From Lingula anatina (Eukaryota > Animalia > Brachiopoda): a stretch of 64,000 nt of DNA. The stretch spans positions 3,282,587 through 3,346,586 of the forward strand of contig CM120648.1 in NCBI GenBank assembly GCA_051362555.1. The letters run 5' to 3'. A program made the translations under genes and the position numbers. Below are positions 53,601-64,000 of the stretch, piece after piece (positions within the stretch are counted from its first letter, which is position 1; each line of letters starts with the position of its first letter). A model generated the notes under the pieces. It saw nothing but the letters and a program-made list of their open reading frames with translations, did not search any database and had not been told where the DNA came from.

Positions 53601-56239
53601 TCTACAGCTGAGTACTTTTTAAGGCAGCTACTTTGTATACATATATAAACCATCAACAAATAATAATAATGATAACATAAAATCATTTTGTGTCTGCCCA
53701 CTAGCACTTTATCTACATGTTTATACAATCTATAAATTATAATTAAGAAACTTTAGCAAAACTACAATATTATATTTGTGCTTACACTTGGATTGTTCCC
53801 TACTTGAAATTTCTTGACTTGCTGTCACAGTTACACCGGTTTCCACTAAAAATTACAAAAAAAAAAAAAAAAAAAACATCTACAGCTGAGTAATTTTTAA
53901 GGCAGCTACCTTGTATACATATATAAACCATCAACAAATAATAATAATAATAACACAAAAAACATTTATTGTTAATGTGCAATTTAATTTTCATACTTAC
54001 TGTTTGATTCTTTCCTACTTGAAGTTTCTGGACTCCCTCCCACATCTATACTAGTTTCCACTAAAATTACAAACAAAAAATCCACAGCTACAGCTTGAAT
54101 GTTGGCTATTTGAGGTTACAATCTTTACTTTTCCAGCCTTAATGATATGCACTCAAGTACAAATTAAAAAAAAAAAAATTAAGATATATTCAACATGTCA
54201 TTATTATAAATTTACAATAATACAGTCAACATATTTTTTTAAAAATTACAAAAAAATTCTTGCTTACAGTTTGGTTGTTTCCTATTAAAAGTTTCAGCAT
54301 CATCTTCAACACCCACATTGCCCTGTACTAAGATTATAAATAAAATAATTTTCAATTCAATTCAATTTATTTCTGTACTGGTACATAGATTGTCATGACC
54401 TTGTACAATATGATATACAAATGATGATACAATACAGTTAGTGTATTACCATCTTTATATAATGAAGATAAGTACTAGTAAAATAATGACTACTTTCAGA
54501 CAATAGTAAACTAATTATTAACACAGGTATTTTGCCTATATATTTACAAAAGTGACAACTAATATAAAAGTGAAAATATAAAATGCATAAAAAATGAAAA
54601 AAAACAATCCTACCACATTACTTTAAATTCAAGAAATCACTGTTATCCACATTAAAACAGTAAACAAATTAATTAAAAAAAGCTTCACAATCAAAACATT
54701 TATTTACAAAGAAATAATTTTCATGCTTACATTGTTCTGTGCTAAAATTATAAAAAATAGTTACTTGGAAAAAACTGTAAACTATTTCTTAACACAAAAA
54801 TTTTGTCAATATACTAAAAACATGATAGTTATTATGCAGTACAGCTTTTATACTTACTGTTTGATTGCTGTTTACTTAAAGGTCCTTGACTCTTTCCCAC
54901 AGTTGTACTGTTTTCCACTAAAATTACAAATAACAAAACCATCTACAGCTAGAATTTAATTATTACCTGCTTGAAATTAAATAATTATGTTTAATAGCTG
55001 TATGAATCTACACTACATATGCAAATAAAAAATCCTAATACATTCTGTATTATTCAAGCAATTACATTTCTTCGTTATTCCTACTTGATATAATTACATA
55101 TTTATCAAAAAAAAAAAAAAAAACAAACAAAAAAAAAAACAAATAAATATTACTTGACATTCTTTTATATTTACACCATAACTATCAAAACTTTCATTTA
55201 CTCTACCTGTTTCATCGCTGTCCTCATTTCTAAGGTGTTCCATAGTAGTTTTGACTCCTTCTTCATCATAGACAATACCTACAAATCATTTTAATTTTTA
55301 CACATACTTCCTAAAAATATTTTCTTACCTTATATCATATAATATTTATAATTTTTTATTCTTGTGACACATGATATTTTAATAATGCACACCCTTGATA
55401 TAAATTTCAATTAACAATAAAGCAAAATTTTACTTTTAAATTGTTATATATTTCTCAACTTACCAGAAAAATCAGGATGGTGTTTCGAAAGAAAATCAAA
55501 TGCTTTTTTCACTGTTCTTGGACTTATTTTCTGATACAGATGATGACCTTTGTATCCAAGCTTTCTTTTTAGTTTAACTCTAATGAGTCCACTTTCACGT
55601 GGAGAGGCAGGTAATTTTGTAATTGTTTCCTTCACATTGGCTGGTACACACACAATAGGGCCATGGACTCCATGCTGTTGGCTTTTAGGCAATGAAACAA
55701 TTTTCATAAAAGGTATTACTGGAGTTAAAAGTAACTGTTCAATTGGATTTAAAGTACCAATATCTCCTGGCATGTCCATAGATTTAATGCTATTTCCATT
55801 ATAACTAATTGGTGATACTTTCTTCTTAGACATTTTCTGATGGCAGTAAGTGCATATCTTTTTCTCTGCTCCCATATCAATAATTTTGCTCAAAATTAAT
55901 GTTTCCTCCTGATAGTTTTGTTCTCTAAAAGCTTGTACTTGGTTCCTAAAGCGAAGACGATTACAACAACAGCAAACAAACTCGGGGATTTCCTTACATT
56001 TCTTTTGGAAATTTTGTATGGCAAAATGTACATTTGTTTGCTGTTCTTTTAGCTTTTCCATCTTGAATCTTTTGGAATATATTCCTGGACTGCTCTTCCT
56101 CCAGCGTCTCTCACTTTCCCTTCTTTGCTCCTTAATGTGTTCTTGTGCACGATGTTTTTTCACTCTTTCTTGTATTTTCGTTTGTATTTTCTTCTGTGAA
56201 TAGTATAATTTTCTTGCAATTCTTCTCTTTGCTTGAACA

Positions 56240-57460
56240 ATTTTTGAAGCCAGATATCTTTTTTCCCTCTCTTGTATTTTTCTTTTCACTTCAATCTTAG
56301 AACGGTGCAATTTTTGTTTTGCCTGTTTCTGTGATGATTTTTCTGCATCTGCTAAGTATATCTTTTCCCTTGCTTGTCTAGCTGCTTTGACATCTTTTTG
56401 TGCACGTCGTTTACTGTCCCGTTCTTGTATGTATTGTTTTACTTCCCTGTCAGATCGATGTAGCTTCTGTTTTGTCTGTTTCTGTAATGATTTTTCTACA
56501 TCTGCTAAATATTTCTTCTCCCTTCTTTGTCTAGCTTCTTTGACATCTTTTTCTGCACGTCGTTTACTGTCCCGTTCTTGTATGTATTGTTTTACTTCCC
56601 TGTCAGATCGATGTAGCTTCTGTTTTGCCTGTTTTCTTGATCTCGTTTCTACATCTGCTAAATATATCTCTTCCCTTCTTTGTGTAGCTGCTTTGACATC
56701 TTTCTGTGCACGTCGTTTACTGTCCCGTTCTTGTATATACTGTTTTACCTCCCTGTCAGATCGATGTAGCTTCTGTTTTGCTTGCTTTCTTGATCTCTTT
56801 TCTGCATCTGCTAAGTATATCTTTTCCCTTGTTTGTCTAGCTGCTTTGACATCTTTCTGTGCACGTCGTTTACTGTCCCGTTCTTGTATATACTGTTTTA
56901 CCTCCCTGTCAGATCGATGTAGCTTCTGTTTTGCTTGCTTTCTTGATCTCTTTTCTGCATCTGCTAAGTATATCTTTTCCCTTGTTTGTCTAGCTGCTTT
57001 GACATCTTTCTGTGCACGTCGGTTACTGTCCCGTTCTTGTATATACTGTTTTACCTCCCTGTCAGATCGATGTAGCTTCTGTTTTGCTTGCTTTCTTGAT
57101 CTCTTTTCTGCATCTGCTAAGTATATCTTTTCCCTTGTTTGTCTAGCTGCTTTGACATCTTTCTGTGCACGTCTTTTACTGTCCCGTTCTTGTATATACT
57201 GTTTTACCTCCCTGTCAGATCGATGTAGCTTCTGTTTTGCCTGCTTTCTTGATCTCTTTTCCGCATCTGCTAAGTATATCTTTTCCCTTGTTTGTCTAGC
57301 TGCTTTGACATCTTTCTGTGCACGTCGTTTACTGTCCCGTTCTTGTATATACTGTTTTACCTCCCTGTCAGATCGATGTAGCTTCTGTTTTGCCTGCTTT
57401 CTTGATCTCTTTTCTGCATCTGCTAAGTACATCTTTTCCCTTGTTTGTCTAGCAGCCTTC
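56240..57460 (-). repeat. 153-bp (51-aa) coding tandem repeat, about 8 copies, in the Helentron N-terminal region
   Basis: Unit AARQTREKIYLADAEKRSRKQAKQKLHRSDREVKQYIQERDSKRRAQKDVK; identical positions lie 153 bp apart (e.g. 56701 and 56854). Confidence 0.95.
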
Positions 57461-60439
57461 ACTTCTGGTACTTTATGACCTTTAGAATCACGTTCTCGTA
57501 TCTTTTGTCGCACTTCTTCCTTAGATCTATGAGATTTCTGTTTAAGTTGCTTTTTTAATTTATTCTCTGGGCTAGCAAGAAACATATGCTCCCTTTTGCG
57601 TCTTGCATCTTTCACTTCTTCTTGTCCAAAATGGATTGCATCTTTTACCTTTCTTTGCTCTTTGATGTGTGCCTGTGACCTGTATACCTGTCCGCTTTCT
57701 TTCATCTTCTCCTGGACACTTGGCTTAGAAAGGTAGGTCCTTTTTTGCTCTTTTCGTTTCAACATTACTGCTATTTTCCTTCTATATTGTGCATCTCTTT
57801 TAATACTTTTTGTTTTAGTTATTGGCTGGGATTTGTAGGCTTTTACTTGTTCCTTTCTTTTTTCCTTTTTTTGCATATCTTCGTATTTCCTCTGCTTTTC
57901 GAAATAAGTTTTCAGTTCAAAGGAAAACAGATCATTTGTAAGTCTAACCTTGCAGGGTGTCACCTCAAAGGCAGTGCTATCATTTAAATTTAAAGAAGAT
58001 GCTAAAGCCCTTAGATAGATAACAAGTTCACTTCGTGACCGCAGTTCCAAAACTGTGGCCTTCCCATTTGGGTCGGTCAGTCCTCTAGAATTTCTGCTAT
58101 GAGAATCAAATATATAGTATCTGCCATCATGTTGTCCTAAAACCATTGTAGCATAACTTAATTCTTCTGAACCCATAAGAAAATAAAAATTCCCTGTTTG
58201 AGTATACCCAAGATCTACTGCATCTTCTAAATTATAAAATGGAGGACATGACTCCTGCATGCCCAAAGATCCATTCAAAGCTTCTTCTGTTCCAATAATA
58301 TAAGTACTCTCGTTGTACTCAACTTCAGTCGGCAACTCTGTAACAAGCAAGAATGTTTTTTCTCCTCGATTCCTTTGATAAAGATCATCACCAGCATACA
58401 AAATACTTTCTACATCTGTACTGTCCCACTCCCTGACATTCTTCACCTCGTTATATACAAGTGCCATCAAAGCCATGCAAGTACACTGTGAGCCAGCATT
58501 GCCCTCTAAAAATATCTCACTTCCTTGATGAATCCTGCCTTGCACAAAAGAAACAATGGAATATCTCGAACTACGCAGAGCTCTCATGCTCTCTCTTTTT
58601 TTTGCCAAACTCTGTTTAGCACCCTGTTTGCTTTTTCGTGGCATTATCTCCTTTTTCTTCTTTACAGCTAACTAAAAAAAATAATAATATATATATATAT
58701 CATCATATGCTTAAAGTTTACTAGAGCAAAAAAGTTACAAATTGTTTTATAATATTCCACATTTGAAAATTATACATTATTGTTTTACAATACTATTGCC
58801 AAATAATGACACTTGAATGTAATTCACTGACTTACTACAATACCTCATATCTATAGCTACAATGAAAAAAATGATTCGCTACATTACCTGTCTCAAAAAT
58901 ATTAAATCATTATTCTCATAATCATATCTAAAACATTATTTCCTTGCCACTGCTTCACATCATTTTCAAAGTACTTGGTTTTTCCACTCTTTTCTAAGTA
59001 TGTAACAAACTTCCCACTAACTCAGCCTTACATAATAATGTACAATATGTGACACACTCCCCTTATAAACCTTCATTTCAATATATACCAAATGAACAAA
59101 AACATATAAATAGAATTATTGTGTACATTATTTCAAATTCACACAACAAAAAATTATCTTTACTGCCATCCACATGTTCCATTTATACAAAAATTACAAT
59201 CTTACCTTAATATCTTGTCTGCTAAAAACTAGCTTTTCTTTTCTCTTTCTTTAAACCTGGGCCTTATATCTTGCTTTCTGCTTTCCAGACTTCTTTCCTT
59301 CTCTATAATCCAAGCAGTCAGTACACTGTAAAATATTTTTATTTCTACAGTTTTCCCCCAAAGCTTGGTATTCCTTCTTCTAGCTGATTTAAGAACCATG
59401 AAAGCTGTTAGGTCTCCCTAGACTGCACATTTTTATAACCCATGCAACAAAAAACCTTCATTGTTTGGAAATACTGTATAATTATGCTAATAATTTCATA
59501 AAGATCTTTATTTCAAGAAACACTGTAAGCCTATAACAATCTATCACCATATTGAATAGTACACTGTATTCCCATTGTAAAATATGAATAGTTCATCATT
59601 TAATGCCCTCATTTAAATGTATCTTATCATTTCTCAAAACAATATATTCACGGTGACACACAATGAAAATGTCTCTCTGTTCAACCCAGGTAAATTAGAT
59701 GTAAATTGTCACTTCAGTGAACACTGAGTGTCCAGTGTACACAGCTATCTCACCAATTAAACCCTTCATTTAAATATAAATAACCAATTTAACATAACAA
59801 TGTGTCCAGTGGTATAATATATGCTTTTCATGCAATTAATCTCTCTCTAAATGTATAATAAGTTTAAATGGATAATAACTCTTCATTTTGGCCAAAAAAT
59901 GATTTTTCCTAAAGAAACAACAATTTTCCCATACTTATCAATGGTTAATGGATCTATTTTAACATTTCTTATTGAAGTGGTTCTAAGCAAAACTTTTCGT
60001 ATTTTGTTGGTCCATATCATGTTTGAGGAGAATATGAAGTTATAAGTTCTAAGCTTTTGTAGTTACTGGGTATACTTAAAAAATAGGAACCAAGATGAAT
60101 AAATATTAATTAATCCATTATTTTATAATCAAATATTTTTGAATCTAATGCACTTGACTAGGAAATAAGTTATGTTTAATGTATTTAGCCTTTATTGTTT
60201 AGAATGATCACAATTATAAAAAAAATATCAAAAATAAAAATGTCCTTCCATAACACTATTTTATAAGTTTTCCCTATAAAATGTCAAAAAAAATCATAAT
60301 TAATCATCAAAATCTAACATTTCTTTTGGATTCTGATGTCTTGTTGTGTCTGGTTTCAGAAATTAGAAGTTTTGTAAGTAGGATTCTTTTTTTAAATTTT
60401 GATGTCTGCCACCAAATACCACGGAGTGGCCCTTAAAAG

Positions 60440-61585
60440 CATTTTAAAATCCCATTCCTATTCCTACAAAACCTAATAACTTTATATCAAAAGCAATCAG
60501 AATATATTTTCTTCATTTGTTTACATTGATTATATATGTTTAAAAAGTATAAAGAGGGCACTTTTAATATACTTTAATATGGCAACAACTATTTAGAAAA
60601 CTTCATGTTTCACAAATAAAATACCTATAACCATTAAAAAATTTTGATAATCATTTATAGTTAGAATTCAAGAATTTTAAAACCCCATCCTTATTCCTAG
60701 AAATACTAAAAAATTTATATCAAAAGTAATCAAAATATATTTTCTTGCATTTCTCATAAAAAACAGTTGTAAACATTTTTTACTAACTTCAAAATACAAA
60801 TTTGATTACATAATTTTTAGTATGGTAACACCTCTTTACAAAACATGTTTCCCAAATAAAAAGACTATAACCATTAAAAGTATTTTTGATAATCTTTTAT
60901 AGATAGAATTCCACGACTTTTAAATCCCATCCCTATTCCTAAAAAACCTAATAACTTTATATCAAAAGCAATCAAAATATTTTCTTCATTTGTTTACATT
61001 GATTAGATATGTTTAAAATGGATAAAGTGGGCATATTTAATTTACTTTAGTATGGCAACACCTCTTTACAAAACTTCATGTTTTACAAATAAAATGCCAA
61101 TAACCATTGAGAAATTTTGATAAGCATTTATAGTTAGAATTCCGGAATTTTAAAATCCCATCCTTATTTCTAGAAATACTAAAAACCATTTATAGTTAGA
61201 ATTCCATTTATAGTTAGAATTCCAGAATTTTAAAATCCCATCCTTATTTCTAGAAATACTAAAAACTTTATATCAAAAGTAATCAAAATATATTTTCTTC
61301 ATTTTTCACATTGATGAGATATGTTTAAAATGGATAAAGTGGGCATATTTAATTTACTTTAGTATGGCAACACCTCTTTACAAAACTTCATGTTTTACAA
61401 ATAAAATGCCAATAACCATTGAGAAATTTTGATAAGCATTTATAGTTAGAATTCCAGAATTTTAAAATCCCATCCTTATTCCTAGAAATACTAAAAACTT
61501 TATATCAAAAGTAATCAAAATATATTTTCTTCATTTTTCACATTGATGAGATATGTTTAAAATGGATAAAGTGGGCATATTTAGT
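60440..61585. repeat. AT-rich tandem repeat, ~240-bp unit, about 5 copies, one with an internal partial duplication
   Basis: Recurring tttaaaatcccatccttattcctagaaatactaaaaactttatatcaaaagtaatcaaaatatattttct...tatagttagaattcc. Confidence 0.85.
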
Positions 61586-63663
61586 ATAATTTATCTTCTC
61601 TTCCACTATTTTGTTAAGTATTAAACATTTTTGTCACTAAGACATCCTTAAACTATGACAATTATACAGCAAAATATTTAATTATACTTATTTCTGAAAA
61701 TGTTTATAGTATTATTTCAATTATTATATTTATAGCAATAAAGAATTGTATTCTTCCTTCATCTGGTGACATTTAATAAAGTAAACACATTTTAAATACA
61801 TTATTAGTACCACCACCATGACTTCTGGCACTACTCTTGGTTTTCAAAGAAAACATTCAACTCACCCTTATACCTTGTATCCTGCCAAACCAGCTGTTAT
61901 TTTCCTTCTATAAGCTAACACAGTGGGTTGACTACAGAGATTCCTCTATTTCTACAGGTGTCAGACAACCTCTGAACTTCACTTCTTCACTGACTGATAC
62001 TGAGATTGGGACAATTTTTATACACTACAAACAAAGACATCTCTCATAACAAATGAATTCCAGTTTATTATACTGCATATAATGTTATCAGTTTCATACA
62101 TATGTAAAGTGTCACTTCAGCAGACACTATGTCCAGTAGGAAACTACAGTTATGTCTTCCCAGTGTGATATGAAAATTAAACTTTCAGATGTTTTAGATA
62201 AGACACAATGTGACAGTCATAGTATAATTAATGCAACTAACAACAGACATTATTACCATTAATTGTATGGTTGCATGATCATGTATGACTAACTCTCATT
62301 AATAAACAAAGTACCCTGTAACAAATAAACATAACCTGAGATAAAGATATTAATTGGTGTAGTTTTTGACAAAATATGCCTGAAGGTATTAAAACACACC
62401 TGAAGTGTAACTTTAAACCCTCAGGTACGAGGCTGAGGTAAAAGTGATTTAATTTTACTGACTCAGCTCTCAAATCTCCTACTGACTTGGCTGTCGAATC
62501 TCCCATTTTAAGTATATGCATCACTTTTTTCAGATTTGTCACATAGAAAGGGAGGAGTTTAAAAGGACAAAGAACACTTCTTTGTTGCTTAGGGGTGATG
62601 CAACAAGAGCTACTATTACAATTGAAAAGGAAGCCAAATATTTGCAGTTTCAATCTATTATATTTATTATAATTTAAGTTCAATTAAAACTCTTGTACTC
62701 ACAATCATACTGCAACCTTGGATTATGTATATATCAAATTCATGCCATCGCCATGCACTTTCAGTGATAACACATTAAGTGGAAAACGGTTTTGTCTTCT
62801 GTCTTCAATCTTATGGAACTGATGTTTATTTGTAAAATACAGTTTAAAATTGAGCATGATCAGGCCATTTTTTCAAAAATTACGCTGTTTTTCCCCTTTT
62901 TTAGCATATGTGCAACACTGATAAAAAATTTCAAGGAAAACGAATAGGCCCATTGTCTTGAAAATCACAGGAGTAATTAATGTTATGAATATACGGGTTA
63001 AGTATGAAAATGGCCTTGATCTAACCATTTTTACAAACGTCATGCAGTTTTTATTTTAATTCTTTTGGCAAATTTTGAGAACTGGTTCTTTGCAGTTTGT
63101 AGAGTTTGTCAAGCACAGCACTGGTAGAGGTGGTGGTGGTAGTGGCGCTTACTCCAGCTGGTGGTACAATATCTGGAGGCGGTATCGCCTCTCTGATCCT
63201 CTAGTTTGATTTTGGTTTTGATAGAGTTGGAGATAATATGTAATAAGATTATAACCATGATTTTAGCACCACTGTGTCTAAGGGGGTGAAGGTCTCTTTT
63301 TGCATTTATAAACAAGGTTGCTTTGAATTTAAAGAAGGAAAAAATGGTACTTATTTTCATTTGAGGATTAACGAACAAAGTCACCTTTTTTTTTTTTTTT
63401 TCATCAAAATTAATAATGAGCATTTTTAAACGAAACAAAGACCTAACAGAATTTCTTTTTACTTGAGACCATTATATTATATATAAAAGACTTAAATTTT
63501 AATTCATATGTTGGCTGGCTCCAAATAATGTTTTCTTCATTGTTTATATATATTTGATAGCTGCTGATTAAGAGCGCATTCTCAACGAATTAAGCCAAGC
63601 TTTACAAAGCCGGTAACCTAAAAATGGCGGATGTACATGAAAGAAAAACTGCCTAATCTTTTA

Positions 63664-64000
63664 ATAGTCTCTCCGCCTCCCCACACGTCGTCCCTGCGGG
63701 GCACAGTAATTAAATCGCGTCTCCGTTCGCCATGCGGAAGCTACCTGAGAAATATTAAGTGCGCATGCTCATCAGTTAAACTCGTGGTGAAGAAAGCATG
63801 GCGGCTGAAGGCGATCGAAGGAAAAAAGCTCTTCTGTTCTATTATCTTTGAAAACAGAGACGAAAAAGGAATAATTTGGCCCGTAGAGCAGCAATGAATC
63901 GACTATCTACGGAGATAATATCACCAGAGATATTCACGGAAATGTTAATGTTCAGAGCCGAGATTTAATTACTGTACCCCGCAGGGACGACGTGTGGGGA
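63664..64000. mobile_element. MITE with long inverted arms, right end cut by the window edge
   Basis: tccccacacgtcgtccctgcggggcacagtaattaaatc (~63678) pairs with gatttaattactgtaccccgcagggacgacgtgtgggga at the window end. Confidence 0.8.

Larger units (their letters stand above)
48492..58644 (-). pseudogene. Helentron Rep-helicase-endonuclease polyprotein (~2684 aa when spliced and with the MITE removed), interrupted by a MITE
   Basis: Exons 58644-55464, 55278-55207, five 60-nt exons, then 53219-48492 with the MITE removed. Domains: N-terminal cysteine-peptidase-like (GSQCTCMAL..YYIFDSHSR); 51-aa repeats; CCCCNRL..CTYC zinc motif; HUH Rep (QLGIPTWFCSFSAAD, EFQQRGWPHIHALFW); PIF1 helicase (GGAGTGKT, VIDEISMVG, GDFYQ, IMRQKD, QYPLKLAWACTVHKTQG, YVALSR); EEP endonuclease (HNIQSL, GITESWL, LGDFNIDL, LDHIY, YSDH). 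Confidence 0.9.
46107..63650 (-). mobile_element. Helentron (endonuclease-encoding Helitron); left terminus seen, right terminus not located (end coordinate approximate)
   Basis: A terminal hairpin agtaccaccagcgt-gt-acgctggcggtact (46114-46143) follows a T-rich site. It is followed by a (ccggctccg)n minisatellite and tgacctt/aaggtca motifs typical of Helentron/HINE ends. The RepHel-EN coding region spans 48492-58644. Confidence 0.85.

Noticed and set aside
56387-57478. 363-aa Cys/Phe/Ser-rich plus-strand ORF
   Set aside because: It is the antisense shadow of the 153-bp coding repeat in the Helentron ORF.

Overview
AT-rich, intron-containing metazoan DNA; a lophotrochozoan-like invertebrate is my inference from the gene and repeat content. 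From left to right: (1) a degenerate, internally deleted DIRS-type tyrosine-recombinase retroelement (1-~2310, minus). (2) A 9-coding-exon minus-strand gene (3759-10008, 626 aa by manual splicing, every intron phase consistent). It encodes a TNF-receptor-like cysteine-rich ectodomain, one transmembrane segment and, where a death domain would normally sit, an intracellular chymotrypsin-fold serine protease with an intact His/Asp/Ser triad. This is the most notable system in the window. (3) CDK11 (15322-23539), whose exon edges have been tandemly duplicated several times, including about 15 extra copies of one splice acceptor. (4) An unassigned small gene (24901-27067). (5) An intronless DUF229 alkaline-phosphatase/sulfatase-superfamily gene. 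(6) A minus-strand gene that appears to join an SLX4IP-like N-terminus to a PWWP3A/MUM1-like C-terminal helical domain. (7) The 5' half of PEX5. (8) A large intron-containing Helentron (cysteine-peptidase-like domain, 51-aa repeats, HUH Rep, PIF1 helicase, AP-like endonuclease) downstream of PEX5 exon 6, itself interrupted by a MITE. Many small inverted-repeat elements and microsatellites are scattered throughout. Family assignments come from motif recognition by eye; no database search was run.
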